A DNA stretch of 64,000 nt, taken from Oscillospiraceae bacterium (GTDB taxonomy: Bacteria > Bacillota > Clostridia > Oscillospirales > SIG627). A model generated the notes under the pieces. The model saw only the letters and a program-made list of their open reading frames with translations. It made no database searches and was not told where the DNA came from. The stretch is from assembly GCA_015065265.1 (NCBI GenBank), contig SVQQ01000002.1:21582-85581 (forward strand), written 5' to 3'. Shown here in pieces: positions 28,602 to 39,813 of this stretch (positions are counted from its first letter, which is position 1; each line of letters opens with the position of its first letter). A program made the translations under genes and the position numbers.

Positions 28602-31600
28602 TCATATTTCGTCGTCTGCAAAATCTTCTTCGTCGTCAGATACTTCATACTCGTCCTGATACTCGTCGTCAAAGAGGGCATCTTCCATATCGTTCATGGT
28701 TTCACCAATCATATCGGGAGTAATATTATCTTCTGCCGCACGGATTTTTGCAGTCTCTTCTTCTGAATTTTCTCGAAGTTCTATTTCTTCATCGTTTGCG
28801 TCAAGAGCCTTAATGTCAAGACCCAAACTCTGAAGTTCTTTAACAAGTACCTTGAAGGATTCGGGAATACCGGGAGTGGGGATATTCTGACCTTTAACGA
28901 TTGCTTCAAAGGCGTTTACACGTCCTACGATATCGTCAGACTTAACGGTGAGAATTTCCTGAAGTGTATAGGCTGCACCATACGCTTCAAGAGCCCAAAC
29001 TTCCATTTCTCCGAAACGCTGTCCACCGAACTGTGCCTTACCGCCAAGAGGCTGTTGAGTAACAAGTGAGTAAGGACCTGTGGAACGTGCGTGAATCTTA
29101 TCGTCAACAAGGTGGTGAAGTTTAAGGAAGTACATAACGCCAACGGTTACAGGGTTGTCAAAGGGTTGACCTGTTCTTCCGTCGTAAAGAACGGTTTTAC
29201 CGTCGATAACCTTATATTTGCCCTTTTCCATAAGTGCATCGGTGTATTCCTTGTCACTTCTTTCATCGGGAGTCAAACGGCGAAGAACTCTGTCTCCGTT
29301 GTTTTCGATGATTTCTTCATATACGTTCTTTCCGTCTACGTTTTCACCTGGTACAACGTCACGGTCAAGACCTGCAAGGCGTTGAAGTTCGGCTATGTTC
29401 TCTTCTTTTGCTCCGTCGAATACGGGGGTCATTATCTTAAAGCCGAGTTTACGTGCTGCGATACCGAGGTGAACTTCAAGAACCTGTCCGATGTTCATAC
29501 GTGAGGGAACGCCCAGAGGGTTAAGCACGATATCAAGAGGTGTACCGTCGGGAAGGAAAGGCATATCTTCTGAGGGAAGAATTCTGGAAACGACACCCTT
29601 ATTACCGTGGCGTCCCGCCATTTTGTCTCCCACAGAGATTTTTCTCTTCTGTGCAACGTAAACCTTAACTACTTTATTTACGCCTGGGGCAAGTTCGTCC
29701 TGATTTGCACGGGTATATACCTTAACGTCGATAATGATACCGCTTTCTCCGTGAGGAAGTTTAAGAGAGGTATCTCTTACTTCTCTTGCCTTTTCTCCGA
29801 AGATTGCGCGAAGAAGTCTTTCTTCGGCGGTAAGTTCGGTTTCACCCTTAGGAGTTACCTTACCTACGAGGATATCTCCTGAATGAACTTCTGCACCTAT
29901 GCGGACGATACCGTCGGCATCAAGGTCTTTGAGTGCTTCGGGACCAACTGAAGGAATTTCACGTGTGATTTCTTCAGGACCGAGTTTTGTGTCTCTTGCT
30001 TCGTGAGAATATTCTTCTATATGAATAGAAGTATAAACGTCGTCACGTACAAGGCGCTCGTTAATAAGAACGGCGTCTTCGTAGTTGTAGCCTTCCCAGG
30101 TTACAAATCCGATAAGTGCGTTCTTACCGAGTGAGATTTCACCGTTCTGGGTAGCAAGACCGTCGGCAATAACGTCTCCTGCCTCAACTCTTTCCCCTCT
30201 TGAAACGATGGGGCGCTGGTTGTTGCAAGTGCCTTGGTTTGTACGCTTGAACTTAATGAGTTTATAGGTATCCTTGATACCTTCGTCATTCTTGATGATA
30301 ATTTCGTCTGCTGAAACTCTGTCTACGATACCCGCTTTTTTAGCAAGAACGGTAACTCCTGAGTCAACAGCCGCTTTATATTCCATACCTGTTCCGACGA
30401 TGGGTGAGTCGTTGATCATAAGGGGAACTGCCTGTTTCTGCATGTTCGAACCCATGAGTGCACGGGAGTTGTCGTCGTTTTCAAGGAAAGGAATGAAGGC
30501 AGTGGCAACGGATACCACCATCTTGGGTGATACGTCCATATAGTCAATTTCAGATGAATCTACTACAACGATTTCCTCACGCTGACGGGCAGTTACCTTT
30601 TTGTTGATAAATCTTCCGTCTGCGTCAAGGGGCTCGTTTGCCTGTGCTACGATATATTCGTCTTCTTCGTCGGCGGTGAGGTACTGTACTTCTTTAGTTA
30701 CAACACCTGTCGCCTTATCAACTCTGCGGTAAGGAGCCTGAATAAATCCGAAGTGGCTGATTTTAGCAAAGGTTGAAAGGTATGAGATAAGACCGATGTT
30801 AGGTCCTTCAGGGGTCTCAATAGGACACATTCTTCCGTACTGAGTGTAGTGAACGTCACGCACTTCGAAGGATGCTCTGTCTCTTGAAAGACCGCCGGGA
30901 CCGAGCGCTGACAAACGTCTCTTGTGAGTAAGTTCGCCAAGGGGGTTACCCTGATCCATAAACTGTGAAAGAGGAGATGAACCGAAGAAATCCTTAATGG
31001 CTGATACAACGGGTCTGATGTTGATAAGAGCCTGAGGAGTAACGGTGTCCATATCCTGAATGGTCATTCTTTCCTTAACAATCTTATCCATTCGGAGGAA
31101 TCCGATTCTCATCTGGTTCTGGAGAAGTTCTCCAACTGAACGCAGACGACGGTTGCCAAGGTGGTCGATATCGTCTTTTGTACCGATATCGTGGTAGAGA
31201 CATACAAGGTAGTTAATGGTAGAAATGATGTCTGCTCTTGTGATGCTCTTGGGAATAAGTTCATCACGACGACGGAGAAGCGCTTCCTTGATTGCTTCTT
31301 CTGTCTGATTTTCTTCAAGTATTTCAAGAAGGGTGTTGCGGTCAACCATTTCGCTAATGCCAATAGCCTTAACGTCGAAAGGAAGAATCTTGTCGGCGTG
31401 TACCATTCCGTTAGAGAAGATTTTAACTTCTTCTCCTTCTTTTTCACCTTCAACGAATACTTCAGTGATACCTGCAAATTCCATCTGTTCGCCTTTTGCA
31501 CGGTCGAGAAGTTCACCCTTTTCAAAGATAATTTCACCTGTGAAGGGGTTTACTGCATCACGTGAGAGAACACGTCCTGCAACACGGCGTGAAATAGCAA

Positions 31601-32519
31601 GTTTCTTATTGAATTTATAACGTCCTACTGCAGAAATGTCGTACTTCTTGGGGTCGAAGAACAAAGCGTTGAGCAGGTTTTCGGCGCTCTCTACGAGAGG
31701 AGGATCGCCGGGACGAAGTTTTCTGTATATTTCTTTAAGGGCTTCTTCATACGCACTGGTAGTTTTGCCCTCTCCTTTAAGACGGTTAACAGTTTCGTCA
31801 ATGAGGTCTTTGGCGATAGTGTTCTTAATTACACTGTCGTTACCAAAGAGTTCAAGTACGTCGGCACTTTCGCTATATTCACGTGAAAGGGCACGGATAA
31901 GTACCGTTACGGGAATCTTACGGTTCTTATCGATTCTTACGTAGAAGATATCGTTGACGTCTGTCTCATATTCAAGCCATGCTCCTCTGTAAGGGATAAC
32001 GGTGGCAGAATAGAGTTTCTTGTCCATCTTATCTAATTCTATATCATAATAGATACCGGGAGAACGTACTATCTGTGAAACGATTACACGTTCAGCACCG
32101 TTGATAACAAAGGTACCGTTATCGGTCATAATGGGGAAATCACCCATATATACTACCGACTCTTTAATCTCACCGGTTGCTTTATTGGTCAGTCGAACGT
32201 TTACTTTGAGAGGACAAGCGTAGTTCACGTCACGCTCTTTACACTCCTCTACGGGATACTTAGGATTATTGTCAATAGTGAAGTCAACAAAATCAATATG
32301 CAAAGTACCCGAATAATCTACAATGGGAGATACGTCACGAAGCACCTCCATTAAACCTTCTTCGATAAACCACTTATAAGATTCCTTCTGAACCTCGATA
32401 AGATTAGGCATATCGATGGCTTCATCGATTTTCGAGAAACTCATTCTGATGTTTCTGCCCAGTTGCTTCTTTTTAAGCCCTGCTGACTTCAGTTCTCTTT
32501 CGTTGAGTTCTACAGCCAT
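28602..32519 (-). CDS. rpoB: DNA-directed RNA polymerase subunit beta
   Basis: [28 protein letters not shown], full length. The start is ambiguous: ATG at 32519 is preferred, and the track ORF starts at GTG 32561. Confidence 0.96.
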   Translation of the reverse strand: MAVELNERELKSAGLKKKQLGRNIRMSFSKIDEAIDMPNLIEVQKESYKWFIEEGLMEVLRDVSPIVDYSGTLHIDFVDFTIDNNPKYPVEECKERDVNYACPLKVNVRLTNKATGEIKESVVYMGDFPIMTDNGTFVINGAERVIVSQIVRSPGIYYDIELDKMDKKLYSATVIPYRGAWLEYETDVNDIFYVRIDKNRKIPVTVLIRALSREYSESADVLELFGNDSVIKNTIAKDLIDETVNRLKGEGKTTSAYEEALKEIYRKLRPGDPPLVESAENLLNALFFDPKKYDISAVGRYKFNKKLAISRRVAGRVLSRDAVNPFTGEIIFEKGELLDRAKGEQMEFAGITEVFVEGEKEGEEVKIFSNGMVHADKILPFDVKAIGISEMVDRNTLLEILEENQTEEAIKEALLRRRDELIPKSITRADIISTINYLVCLYHDIGTKDDIDHLGNRRLRSVGELLQNQMRIGFLRMDKIVKERMTIQDMDTVTPQALINIRPVVSAIKDFFGSSPLSQFMDQGNPLGELTHKRRLSALGPGGLSRDRASFEVRDVHYTQYGRMCPIETPEGPNIGLISYLSTFAKISHFGFIQAPYRRVDKATGVVTKEVQYLTADEEDEYIVAQANEPLDADGRFINKKVTARQREEIVVVDSSEIDYMDVSPKMVVSVATAFIPFLENDDNSRALMGSNMQKQAVPLMINDSPIVGTGMEYKAAVDSGVTVLAKKAGIVDRVSADEIIIKNDEGIKDTYKLIKFKRTNQGTCNNQRPIVSRGERVEAGDVIADGLATQNGEISLGKNALIGFVTWEGYNYEDAVLINERLVRDDVYTSIHIEEYSHEARDTKLGPEEITREIPSVGPEALKDLDADGIVRIGAEVHSGDILVGKVTPKGETELTAEERLLRAIFGEKAREVRDTSLKLPHGESGIIIDVKVYTRANQDELAPGVNKVVKVYVAQKRKISVGDKMAGRHGNKGVVSRILPSEDMPFLPDGTPLDIVLNPLGVPSRMNIGQVLEVHLGIAARKLGFKIMTPVFDGAKEENIAELQRLAGLDRDVVPGENVDGKNVYEEIIENNGDRVLRRLTPDERSDKEYTDALMEKGKYKVIDGKTVLYDGRTGQPFDNPVTVGVMYFLKLHHLVDDKIHARSTGPYSLVTQQPLGGKAQFGGQRFGEMEVWALEAYGAAYTLQEILTVKSDDIVGRVNAFEAIVKGQNIPTPGIPESFKVLVKELQSLGLDIKALDANDEEIELRENSEEETAKIRAAEDNITPDMIGETMNDMEDALFDDEYQDEYEVSDDEEDFADDEI

Positions 32520-32670
32520 ATAAAACAAATCACACTCCATTTCTTTTAAATCCAGCGACACCGTCGCAAAATGGTGCTATACCTTTGCAAAAATGCACTT
32601 TTTGATGCTTGTTCTCACTCCAACAAGCCTCCCAAAAGGGCATAAATTTGCAATTCTAATGCAGTATATT

Positions 32671-32699
32671 ATTGTATCATCAGTTTTTTGAAAAGTCAA
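32671..32699 (-). promoter_or_regulatory. sigma-A-type promoter upstream of rpoB
   Basis: Minus strand: TTGACT (32694-32699), 17 nt, TACAAT (32671-32676). Confidence 0.45.
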
Positions 32700-32751
32700 G
32701 GGAAATTTTAAAAAAGTTTACCTTTTTTGGAAAAAGTTTATTTTTAGGGTT

Positions 32752-32782
32752 AAAAAAAGGAAGTTTCTCACTTGAAACCTCC
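32752..32782 (-). terminator. rho-independent terminator after the PrsA-like gene
   Basis: Minus strand: GGAGGTTTC-aagtga-GAAACTTCC followed by TTTTTTTAA. Confidence 0.6.
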
Positions 32783-32795
32783 TTTTTTGTTGTTT

Positions 32796-33836
32796 TTAGT
32801 CGAGTATTGGTATTTCTTCAATGGGGTAGGAATTGATTACGTCGTAGTTTACAGTTACATCGTTTTTACAGTCTGAATAAATTCTCGTTGTCACTTCCTG
32901 ATTTACCACTGTTTGTACGTAACTTTTATATTCTTCGTAATCACTTTCGGAAAGTGGCAGACGAAGTATTATATAAATCCCGCCTGACGTTCCGTTCACC
33001 ATTTTATATTCGCCCTCTTTTAAAGCCTTTGCGGTGCTTTCGTAGGCGGTGTCGTAGGTGAATCCGTCGGCAATAGTTATACCGTCAGGGTAGGATACTG
33101 CCATCTGGTCTTCACTAAAAAGATAATGGGTTTCAAAATCTTCTCCTTTGTCAAGTGCGTCAAGGATTCCTTTTGCCTTATCTTCTTTCTCTTTTATTTC
33201 GTCTTCTGTCAAGGGGACTTCTTCGCCGTCCTCCCCTACTTTTGACACGTTATTTACGAATATATGTTTTACTGTATAGAAGTTTTTTTCGTAATACTCT
33301 TTGTAGTCTTCCTCTGTCAAGGCGTAGGGGCCTCCTTCACCTGTGAGAAGTCTAAAGCCCTCGTCGTACAAAATCGTATATTCAAGATAAGTATTAAGGC
33401 TTTCGTCGTCAAGTTTCAGGGTGGTCAGATACTCTTTATATTCCTCTTCGGTTTCAAAGTTTTCTTTAAGTGAGGCTACTGCTTCTTCGATACCTTTCTT
33501 GTTTTCTTCGTCTATGGTGACACCGTTGTCCTTGGCGTATTCGATTACCCAGGCAAACTGTGTCATATCTTCTACTGCCATTCTTGTCAAGGCTTCTCCC
33601 ATAGTTTCAAGGCGTCCTGTGGGAGAATCCTGACTCCATATTGCAGGGTTATCTTCTGTAAGTCCAAGGTATGATATTAAGAATTCATTTTTATAGTTCA
33701 GAAGTTGCGAGTAGAAAATCTCACCCGAAACTGTGGTACTGCCACAAGTGATTGCCACGTTTTTTGAAGAGTTCGAGCAAGAGACGAGACTTATTAAAAT
33801 AAGTAAAATTAAAATTAAAGATAACGCCTTTTTCAT
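32796..33836 (-). CDS. PrsA/SurA-like lipoprotein (foldase-like, parvulin region degenerate)
   Basis: Signal peptide plus lipobox LVSC. FYTVKHIFV...GEDFETHYLFSEDQ resembles a parvulin core. Position next to mfd as in other Clostridia. Confidence 0.5.
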   Translation of the reverse strand: MKKALSLILILLILISLVSCSNSSKNVAITCGSTTVSGEIFYSQLLNYKNEFLISYLGLTEDNPAIWSQDSPTGRLETMGEALTRMAVEDMTQFAWVIEYAKDNGVTIDEENKKGIEEAVASLKENFETEEEYKEYLTTLKLDDESLNTYLEYTILYDEGFRLLTGEGGPYALTEEDYKEYYEKNFYTVKHIFVNNVSKVGEDGEEVPLTEDEIKEKEDKAKGILDALDKGEDFETHYLFSEDQMAVSYPDGITIADGFTYDTAYESTAKALKEGEYKMVNGTSGGIYIILRLPLSESDYEEYKSYVQTVVNQEVTTRIYSDCKNDVTVNYDVINSYPIEEIPILD

Positions 33837-33845
33837 ATTTCCTCC

Positions 33846-34904
33846 TTATTTTAGAACGGGGACCATAGCCATATTGTACATATCTATGATTTCTTGATTC
33901 ATAGTGAAGTCGTCGTAATTTTCAATTACTGCACTTCCCATATCAATTTGCATGAGGGTAGAATGAATGGTATTACGGCAGTTTGAAAAATCCTTTTCCA
34001 AAAGAGGAACTCTCTTAATTATATAGGTACAAACTCCTTCAAGTTCATAAGTCTTGGTCTCACCTATTTCAAGGGAAAGGGCAACTTCTTCATAGCCTGA
34101 CATTTTACTGTCAAGGACACCTTTGGTTATTGTGTATCCGTCGGGATAAGTCTCGTAAAAACCGTCTTCGCTTAATTTATAGTATTCGTCAAAGTCGTCG
34201 CCCTTTTCAAGAGAAGCGGTAATATTTGAAATGAGGTCTCTTTTCTCTTTCTTTTCTTCCTCGGTATAGTAGATATATTCGCCATTTTCGTCAAGTCCTA
34301 AATACTCTGTGCCAATAGCGATGTGCTTAATACTTACAAAGTTCTTTTCATAGTACTCATACATATCTTCATAGGTTATAGCCCTTTTTCCGTTATCCGA
34401 ATAGGCAAGGGATATGCCTTTACTGTGGAGAGAATAGAGTTCGAGATATTCCCTGTACATATCATAGTTTATGTTATAGGTTTCAAGATACTTATTCATG
34501 GCTGCCTTTGAGCCGAAGTTCGACAGGTATTTTTCAAGGGACTCGTCGATTACTTTTTTATCCTCTTTGGTCAGTTCTCCACCGTTTTTCAAGGCGTAGT
34601 CTGCAAAGTAGAGAACTTTACAGATATTGAGTTGGCACTGGGCGTAGATGTAATCGTCAAAGGTCAACCCCTCTCCCAATGGCTGTGACCACAGGGCAGG
34701 TACGTCGGTAGTGGAGCCTGTATATTCTTCTACAATCTGACTTTTCATCATTGCAAGTTCAAAATAGTACATATTTTCATTCATCACAGCGTCGCCATAG
34801 GCAAATACTACGGGACTTGTGTTTTTTGAACACGAAGAAAGAGTAGGCATTATCAAAGACAAAATCAGGATTAGTGAAAGTGTTACTACTGTTCTTTTTT
34901 TCAT
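33846..34904 (-). CDS. PrsA/SurA-like lipoprotein, tandem paralog
   Basis: Lipobox LSSC. Same architecture (FVSIKHIAIG...GDDFDEYYKLSEDG) as the neighbouring gene. Confidence 0.5.
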   Translation of the reverse strand: MKKRTVVTLSLILILSLIMPTLSSCSKNTSPVVFAYGDAVMNENMYYFELAMMKSQIVEEYTGSTTDVPALWSQPLGEGLTFDDYIYAQCQLNICKVLYFADYALKNGGELTKEDKKVIDESLEKYLSNFGSKAAMNKYLETYNINYDMYREYLELYSLHSKGISLAYSDNGKRAITYEDMYEYYEKNFVSIKHIAIGTEYLGLDENGEYIYYTEEEKKEKRDLISNITASLEKGDDFDEYYKLSEDGFYETYPDGYTITKGVLDSKMSGYEEVALSLEIGETKTYELEGVCTYIIKRVPLLEKDFSNCRNTIHSTLMQIDMGSAVIENYDDFTMNQEIIDMYNMAMVPVLK

Positions 34905-34971
34905 TTGTTATCCTTTCAAATTTTAGTTCACCTAAAATTTTACAACAAAAATGTGAAGATTTCTACATTTT

Positions 34972-37900
34972 CTATGAGTTTGTTTCCTCTTCAAATCTTT
35001 TTATTATTTCTGCAAAGTCTTCCACAAAGGTTTCAAGGTCTGCCAAAACGTTCTTTTTGTCGGTCTTCATAACAAAGTAAGGCTTTGTAGATGCCATAAA
35101 GGTGAGTTTATTCTGCCAGAGAAGTTCCAGCGCCTTTGCAGGTTTCAAATGCTTTACGTCGGTATAGATATAGGTGACCTCTTTATTCTGAACTACTTTA
35201 TTTATTTTAAGTTTTGTCAAGGCGTGGCGAAGTTTTGAAATGCAAATTAAGTTCATTACCGCACGGGTCGGCTCACCGAATCTGTCTACAAGTTCGTCGA
35301 TAAGTTCGGATATGTCGTCGTCATTTTCCACTTCGGCAATCTTTTTATATATATCAATTCTGGTCTTTTCGGAAGATATATAACTTTTTGGCAGAAAGGC
35401 ATCGAGGGAAAGGTCCACGAGTGTGTCAACCTTTTCTGTATCCTCTTCTACAATTTCGCCTTTTTCAATTTTCATTGCCTCATCAAGCATTTTGATATAC
35501 AGGTCATATCCAACGCTATCCATATGACCGTGTTGTTCGGCGCCAAGGATATTACCCGCACCTCTTATCTCAAGGTCACGCATAGCAATTTTAAAGCCTG
35601 AACCGAATTCGGTATATTCTTTAATTGCGGAAAGGCGTTTTTCGGCGATTTCGGTCAGCACTTTATTCTTTCGGTAGGTAAGGTATGCCCATGCCTTTCG
35701 AGTGCTTCTGCCCACACGTCCTCTTATCTGATGAAGTTGGCTGAGTCCGTAGCGGTCGGCATCTTCAATGATGAGGGTATTGGCGTTAGGAACGTCGACG
35801 CCAGTTTCAATAATGGTGGTACACACGAGAACGTCAATTTTTCCGTCGTACATATCACGCCATATTTCAGACAGTTCGTCTCTGTCCATATGTCCATGGG
35901 CAGTTGCAACGGTGATACCGTCAACGTTATTTATAATTCTTGTGGCTCTGCCTTCAAGTGCTTCGGTATTATTTATAAGGTAGAAGACCTGTCCCCCACG
36001 TCTTACTTCACGTCTGATTGCTTCATAGATGGCGTTTTCGTCAAACTCCATAACGTAAGTTTGCACAGGGAATCTGTCGCCCGGTGCTTCTTCCAAAAGA
36101 GACATATCCCTTATACCGCTGAGTGCCATATTCAGTGTTCTGGGAATGGGGGTTGCGGTGAGGGTGAGGACGTCAACCCCCTTTGACATCTCTTTTAACT
36201 TTTCTTTATGAGTAACTCCAAAGCGTTGTTCTTCATCAACTACAAGAAATCCAAGTCTTTTGAATTCTACGTCCTTTTGAAGAAGGCGGTGAGTACCTAC
36301 CACAATGTCTACCCTGCCCTCTTTTATGTCTTCAAGGCTCTTTTTGATTTCTGCTCTTGTAGAAAAGCGTGAAAGGAGTGCTACTTTTACAGGGAAGCCT
36401 CTGAAACGCTGTAAAATCGTATTATAATGTTGCCATGCAAGGACTGTGGTTGGCGCAAGAATTGCCGCCTGCATTGAGTCCATAACACATTTGAAAATTC
36501 CGCGAAGTGCCACTTCGGTTTTTCCAAAACCTACGTCTCCGCAAAGGAGTCTGTCCATAGGGACTTCGCTTTCCATATCCCTTTTTATTTCGTTTACCGC
36601 CTGAAGTTGTCCGTCGGTTTCGTCGTATTCAAAAGCACCTTCAAACTCAGACTGCCAAGGGGTATCCTCGGAAAAAGCGTGGCCTTTTATTGCGCGTCGC
36701 GCGGAATAAAGTTTTATGAGTTCTTTTGCAATATCACTTGCGGCGGCTTTCGCTCGGTTTTTGGCTTTTTTCCATTCGGCAGAGCCGAGTCTGTTAATCT
36801 TGACGTTTCCTTCTGCTCCGCCTCCTATATATTTTGAAATTGCATCAAGGTTATTACAAGGAAGATATAAAACGTCGTCTGCGGCGTACTTTATCACAAG
36901 GTAGTCCTTCTGAACGGAATCCACTATCATGCTCTTTATTCCGTTATATATTCCAACACCGTGATTTACGTGGACAACGAAGTCCCCGACTTCAAGGTCG
37001 TTATAGGACATTATACGTTCTTTTGAACTGCTCTTGTATTTTACTCTGTGACGGCGTGATGCCCTGACTTCCTCCCTTCCTATCTGGTCGGTGAGAAGAA
37101 CGAAGGAGCCTTTCACAAGTTCAAAACCGTCTTTCAGGGTTACTTCCGTTTTATCCTTATCCATAACGGATATTACTGCAACGCTTCCTTTTACTTCTTC
37201 GTCTTCTATACGTGCCATATAGGCTTTGACGTTATTGGAGTTTAAGGACTCTGTAAGGTTTGTGGCGGATATGGTATTAGCGCTTAAAATTGCAACGGTG
37301 TAACCTCTGTCGTAAAATGATTTCACGTCCTCCAAAAAAAGTGTGGCGTTCTGTGCCATTGAAACTGTTTTACGGCTGACAATCTGGAAGATATCGTTAT
37401 ATTTTATATCTTCCCCTGTTACAAAATTATTGAAAATTACAGACGTTCTTTCCTGAATTAAATCTTTAAGATACGAATAGCCTTTTTGTCCCAAGTTCTT
37501 CTCTGAAACGCGGAGTTCTGCTCTTGTTTTTATAAGGTCTTCGACTGTCTCTTTAATAAGAGTGAGTGAGGCGTCAAGGCGTTCACGGAGTTTTGAAGTT
37601 TCAAAGAATGACAGGACTGCGTCTTGTGAAATATAGTCTGCAAAGGTCTCATTTTTGGGATAGATTATGTCGGTGAAGAGTTCGTAGTCTACGTTCCCTG
37701 TGTTTTCAAGGATTTCAAGTTGAGCCATTACTTCGCTTTTTACATCTTCATTCTTTTCCTTTGATATATAGTCTTCAAAGGCGGAGATAAGTCTTTCTTT
37801 AGCAGGGGCATCTGCATATATTTCAAGGGCGGGGAGAATATTTATCTCTTTTACTGTATCTATTCTTCTCTGCGTCATAAGGTCAAAAGCGGAAACGGTG

Positions 37901-38496
37901 TCAACTTCGTCACCAAAGAATTCCAGACGGACGGGAAAATCAAGTTGAGATGGGAAAATATCCACAATTCCTCCCCTTTTGGAGAACTGACCTTTTCCGT
38001 CTACAAGTTCGCATTTTTTGTATCCCATATCCACAAGACGAAGGACGAGGGTATCTATGTCGATTATGTCTCCCGGTTTTATTCTGATACGTGAATTTAT
38101 AAGCACGTCTTTCGGAATAGTGGTTTGAAGGAGGGCTTCAGCGGTAGTGGCTACAACGTCCCAGTCTCCGTCTGCTACCTGAGAAAGAACGGAAAGACGA
38201 ATATAATCAAACTCGTGGCCTCTTACGTCAACCTTGCCAAAGAACATATCTCTTGAAGGAAGGAACAGGCATTTTATACCGAAAGTAGAAAGTTCAGAGG
38301 TGACGTCGTGCGCCTCTTTTTCGTCGGGGAACACTACTACTTGCTTCTTTTTCGTGTCGCTGAAAAGGGAGGCGATTACACTTGAACGCATACTTTCACA
38401 GGCACCTGTTAAAAGGTAGGTTCCCTTCTGGGACAGGGCTTTTACAATCTTTTTATATTCAGTTTCTTTTTTTAAGGAATTTAAGATTATATTCAT
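34972..38496 (-). CDS. mfd: transcription-repair coupling factor
   Basis: UvrB-homology N-terminus, CarD-like RID (GDFVVHVNHGVG), GDVGFGKTEVA, DEEQRFG, TRG motif region. ATG at 38494-38496 follows GGAGGA. Confidence 0.95.
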   Translation of the reverse strand: MNIILNSLKKETEYKKIVKALSQKGTYLLTGACESMRSSVIASLFSDTKKKQVVVFPDEKEAHDVTSELSTFGIKCLFLPSRDMFFGKVDVRGHEFDYIRLSVLSQVADGDWDVVATTAEALLQTTIPKDVLINSRIRIKPGDIIDIDTLVLRLVDMGYKKCELVDGKGQFSKRGGIVDIFPSQLDFPVRLEFFGDEVDTVSAFDLMTQRRIDTVKEINILPALEIYADAPAKERLISAFEDYISKEKNEDVKSEVMAQLEILENTGNVDYELFTDIIYPKNETFADYISQDAVLSFFETSKLRERLDASLTLIKETVEDLIKTRAELRVSEKNLGQKGYSYLKDLIQERTSVIFNNFVTGEDIKYNDIFQIVSRKTVSMAQNATLFLEDVKSFYDRGYTVAILSANTISATNLTESLNSNNVKAYMARIEDEEVKGSVAVISVMDKDKTEVTLKDGFELVKGSFVLLTDQIGREEVRASRRHRVKYKSSSKERIMSYNDLEVGDFVVHVNHGVGIYNGIKSMIVDSVQKDYLVIKYAADDVLYLPCNNLDAISKYIGGGAEGNVKINRLGSAEWKKAKNRAKAAASDIAKELIKLYSARRAIKGHAFSEDTPWQSEFEGAFEYDETDGQLQAVNEIKRDMESEVPMDRLLCGDVGFGKTEVALRGIFKCVMDSMQAAILAPTTVLAWQHYNTILQRFRGFPVKVALLSRFSTRAEIKKSLEDIKEGRVDIVVGTHRLLQKDVEFKRLGFLVVDEEQRFGVTHKEKLKEMSKGVDVLTLTATPIPRTLNMALSGIRDMSLLEEAPGDRFPVQTYVMEFDENAIYEAIRREVRRGGQVFYLINNTEALEGRATRIINNVDGITVATAHGHMDRDELSEIWRDMYDGKIDVLVCTTIIETGVDVPNANTLIIEDADRYGLSQLHQIRGRVGRSTRKAWAYLTYRKNKVLTEIAEKRLSAIKEYTEFGSGFKIAMRDLEIRGAGNILGAEQHGHMDSVGYDLYIKMLDEAMKIEKGEIVEEDTEKVDTLVDLSLDAFLPKSYISSEKTRIDIYKKIAEVENDDDISELIDELVDRFGEPTRAVMNLICISKLRHALTKLKINKVVQNKEVTYIYTDVKHLKPAKALELLWQNKLTFMASTKPYFVMKTDKKNVLADLETFVEDFAEIIKRFEEETNS

Positions 38497-38636
38497 TCGT
38501 CCTCCACAAAATAAACGCCAAAAAGGACAAGTTTTCACTTGCCCGAAACTTAACATAAGAATTATACATTATATTTTCTCTTTTTTCAAGTAATAAATTC
38601 GTGAAGTGTATATACTGGAATAATTTTGTTTTATGC

Positions 38637-38665
38637 TTGACAAACAAAAAAAGATAATGTATAAT
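38637..38665 (+). promoter_or_regulatory. sigma-A-type promoter of the rpsF-ssb-rpsR operon
   Basis: TTGACA, 17 nt, TGTATAAT. The leader contains the hairpin CCTTCG-ggaaa-CGAAGG (38707-38723). Confidence 0.55.
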
Positions 38666-38754
38666 AACACAGTGAATTGCTATAAAAACGTAGCAATATC
38701 TTCTTACCTTCGGGAAACGAAGGTCATATGTCCATAAGGAGGTGCAATAACAGT

Positions 38755-39051
38755 ATGGAAAAGATCACATCAAAATACGAAGCTATTTTCGTAGTTGACG
38801 GTTCACTTGCTGAAGAAGCTGCCGCTGAACTTATTGCTAAGTTCAAGGGTATTATCGAGGCAAACGCTACCGTTGAAGAAGTGCAGGATTGGGGCAAGAA
38901 GAAACTTGCTTATCCCATCAACGACATTGCTGACGGATACTACACACTTGTTCATTTCACAAGTGCCCATGACTTCCCCGCAGAACTCGAAAGAAACTTC
39001 AACATTACAGATGGTATCCTTCGCGCACTTGTTGTAAAAGTAGGCGAATAA
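38755..39051 (+). CDS. rpsF: 30S ribosomal protein S6
   Basis: MEKITSKYEAIFVV after AAGGAGG. S6 length and sequence. Confidence 0.95.
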   Translation: MEKITSKYEAIFVVDGSLAEEAAAELIAKFKGIIEANATVEEVQDWGKKKLAYPINDIADGYYTLVHFTSAHDFPAELERNFNITDGILRALVVKVGE

Positions 39052-39064
39052 GGAGTGAAAAAAG

Positions 39065-39502
39065 ATGGCTTCATTTAACAAAGTCATATTGATCGGTAAC
39101 TTGGTAGACGACCCTGAACTTAAAACTACACCTAACGGTGTTCCCGTTACAAATTTCAGAATTGCCGTATCTAGACGTTACCAGAGAACTGAGGGCCAGC
39201 AGGATGCTGATTTTATCAACATCGTTTGTTGGAGACAGACTGCTGAATTCGTAAAGAGATTCTTTACCAAGGGTAAGAGCATTCTCATTTGCGGTTCACT
39301 TCAGTCAAGAACATGGACTGATAACAACGGTCAGAAGCGTTACGCCCTCGAAGTATTAGCGGATGAAGTTTCATTCGTTGAGAAAAAGTCCGACTCTCAG
39401 TCGGCGCCCAGGGATCAGATGTCTGCTCCTGCGCCTTACAGCAGTGCAAGTGAGGACATTTCTTTTGAAGAGATGTCAACAGACGACGACCTTCCCTTTT
39501 AA
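39065..39502 (+). CDS. ssb: single-stranded DNA-binding protein
   Basis: MASFNKVILIGNLVDDPELKTTPNG OB fold. Acidic tail ending DDDLPF. Confidence 0.96.
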   Translation: MASFNKVILIGNLVDDPELKTTPNGVPVTNFRIAVSRRYQRTEGQQDADFINIVCWRQTAEFVKRFFTKGKSILICGSLQSRTWTDNNGQKRYALEVLADEVSFVEKKSDSQSAPRDQMSAPAPYSSASEDISFEEMSTDDDLPF

Positions 39503-39529
39503 TTTAACTGACTAAAGGAGGTAAATATC

Positions 39530-39772
39530 ATGGATAAGGATATGCAGAAATCTTTTAAGCCCCGCAAGAAAAAGAAAGTTTGCGCTTTCTGTGCGGACAA
39601 AATAGAACACATTGATTACAAGGACGTTCCCAGACTCAGAAAGTTCGTTTCTGAACGTTCAAAAATTCTCCCTCGTAGAATTACAGGAACTTGTGCTAAA
39701 CATCAGAGACAGCTTACTGTTGCTATCAAACGTGCTCGTCATATCGCAATTCTTCCTTACATCAGCGACTAA
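39530..39772 (+). CDS. rpsR: 30S ribosomal protein S18
   Basis: [45 protein letters not shown]. Confidence 0.95.
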   Translation: MDKDMQKSFKPRKKKKVCAFCADKIEHIDYKDVPRLRKFVSERSKILPRRITGTCAKHQRQLTVAIKRARHIAILPYISD

Positions 39773-39813
39773 TTTCGCGATGTTACAAAATACTAAAAAG
39801 GAGGTAATTGAAT

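Noticed and set aside
20302-38647. Dozens of 60-170-aa ORFs in the track lie antisense to, or out of frame with, tuf, fusA, rpoC, rpoB, mfd and the PrsA-like genes (for example 21221-21688, 22101-22631, 28277-28723, 31109-31565, 35731-36186).
   Set aside because: They lie entirely inside long, unmistakable conserved genes. They have no SD sequences and give low-complexity or biased translations. They are shadow ORFs.
38497-38754. The switch from minus-strand core genes (mfd) to plus-strand core genes (rpsF-ssb-rpsR) suggested a replication origin.
   Set aside because: I found only one weak DnaA-box-like 9-mer (TCCTCCACA, two mismatches). There is no dnaA/dnaN and no AT-rich unwinding cluster beyond ordinary promoter DNA. 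It is simply a divergent promoter region.
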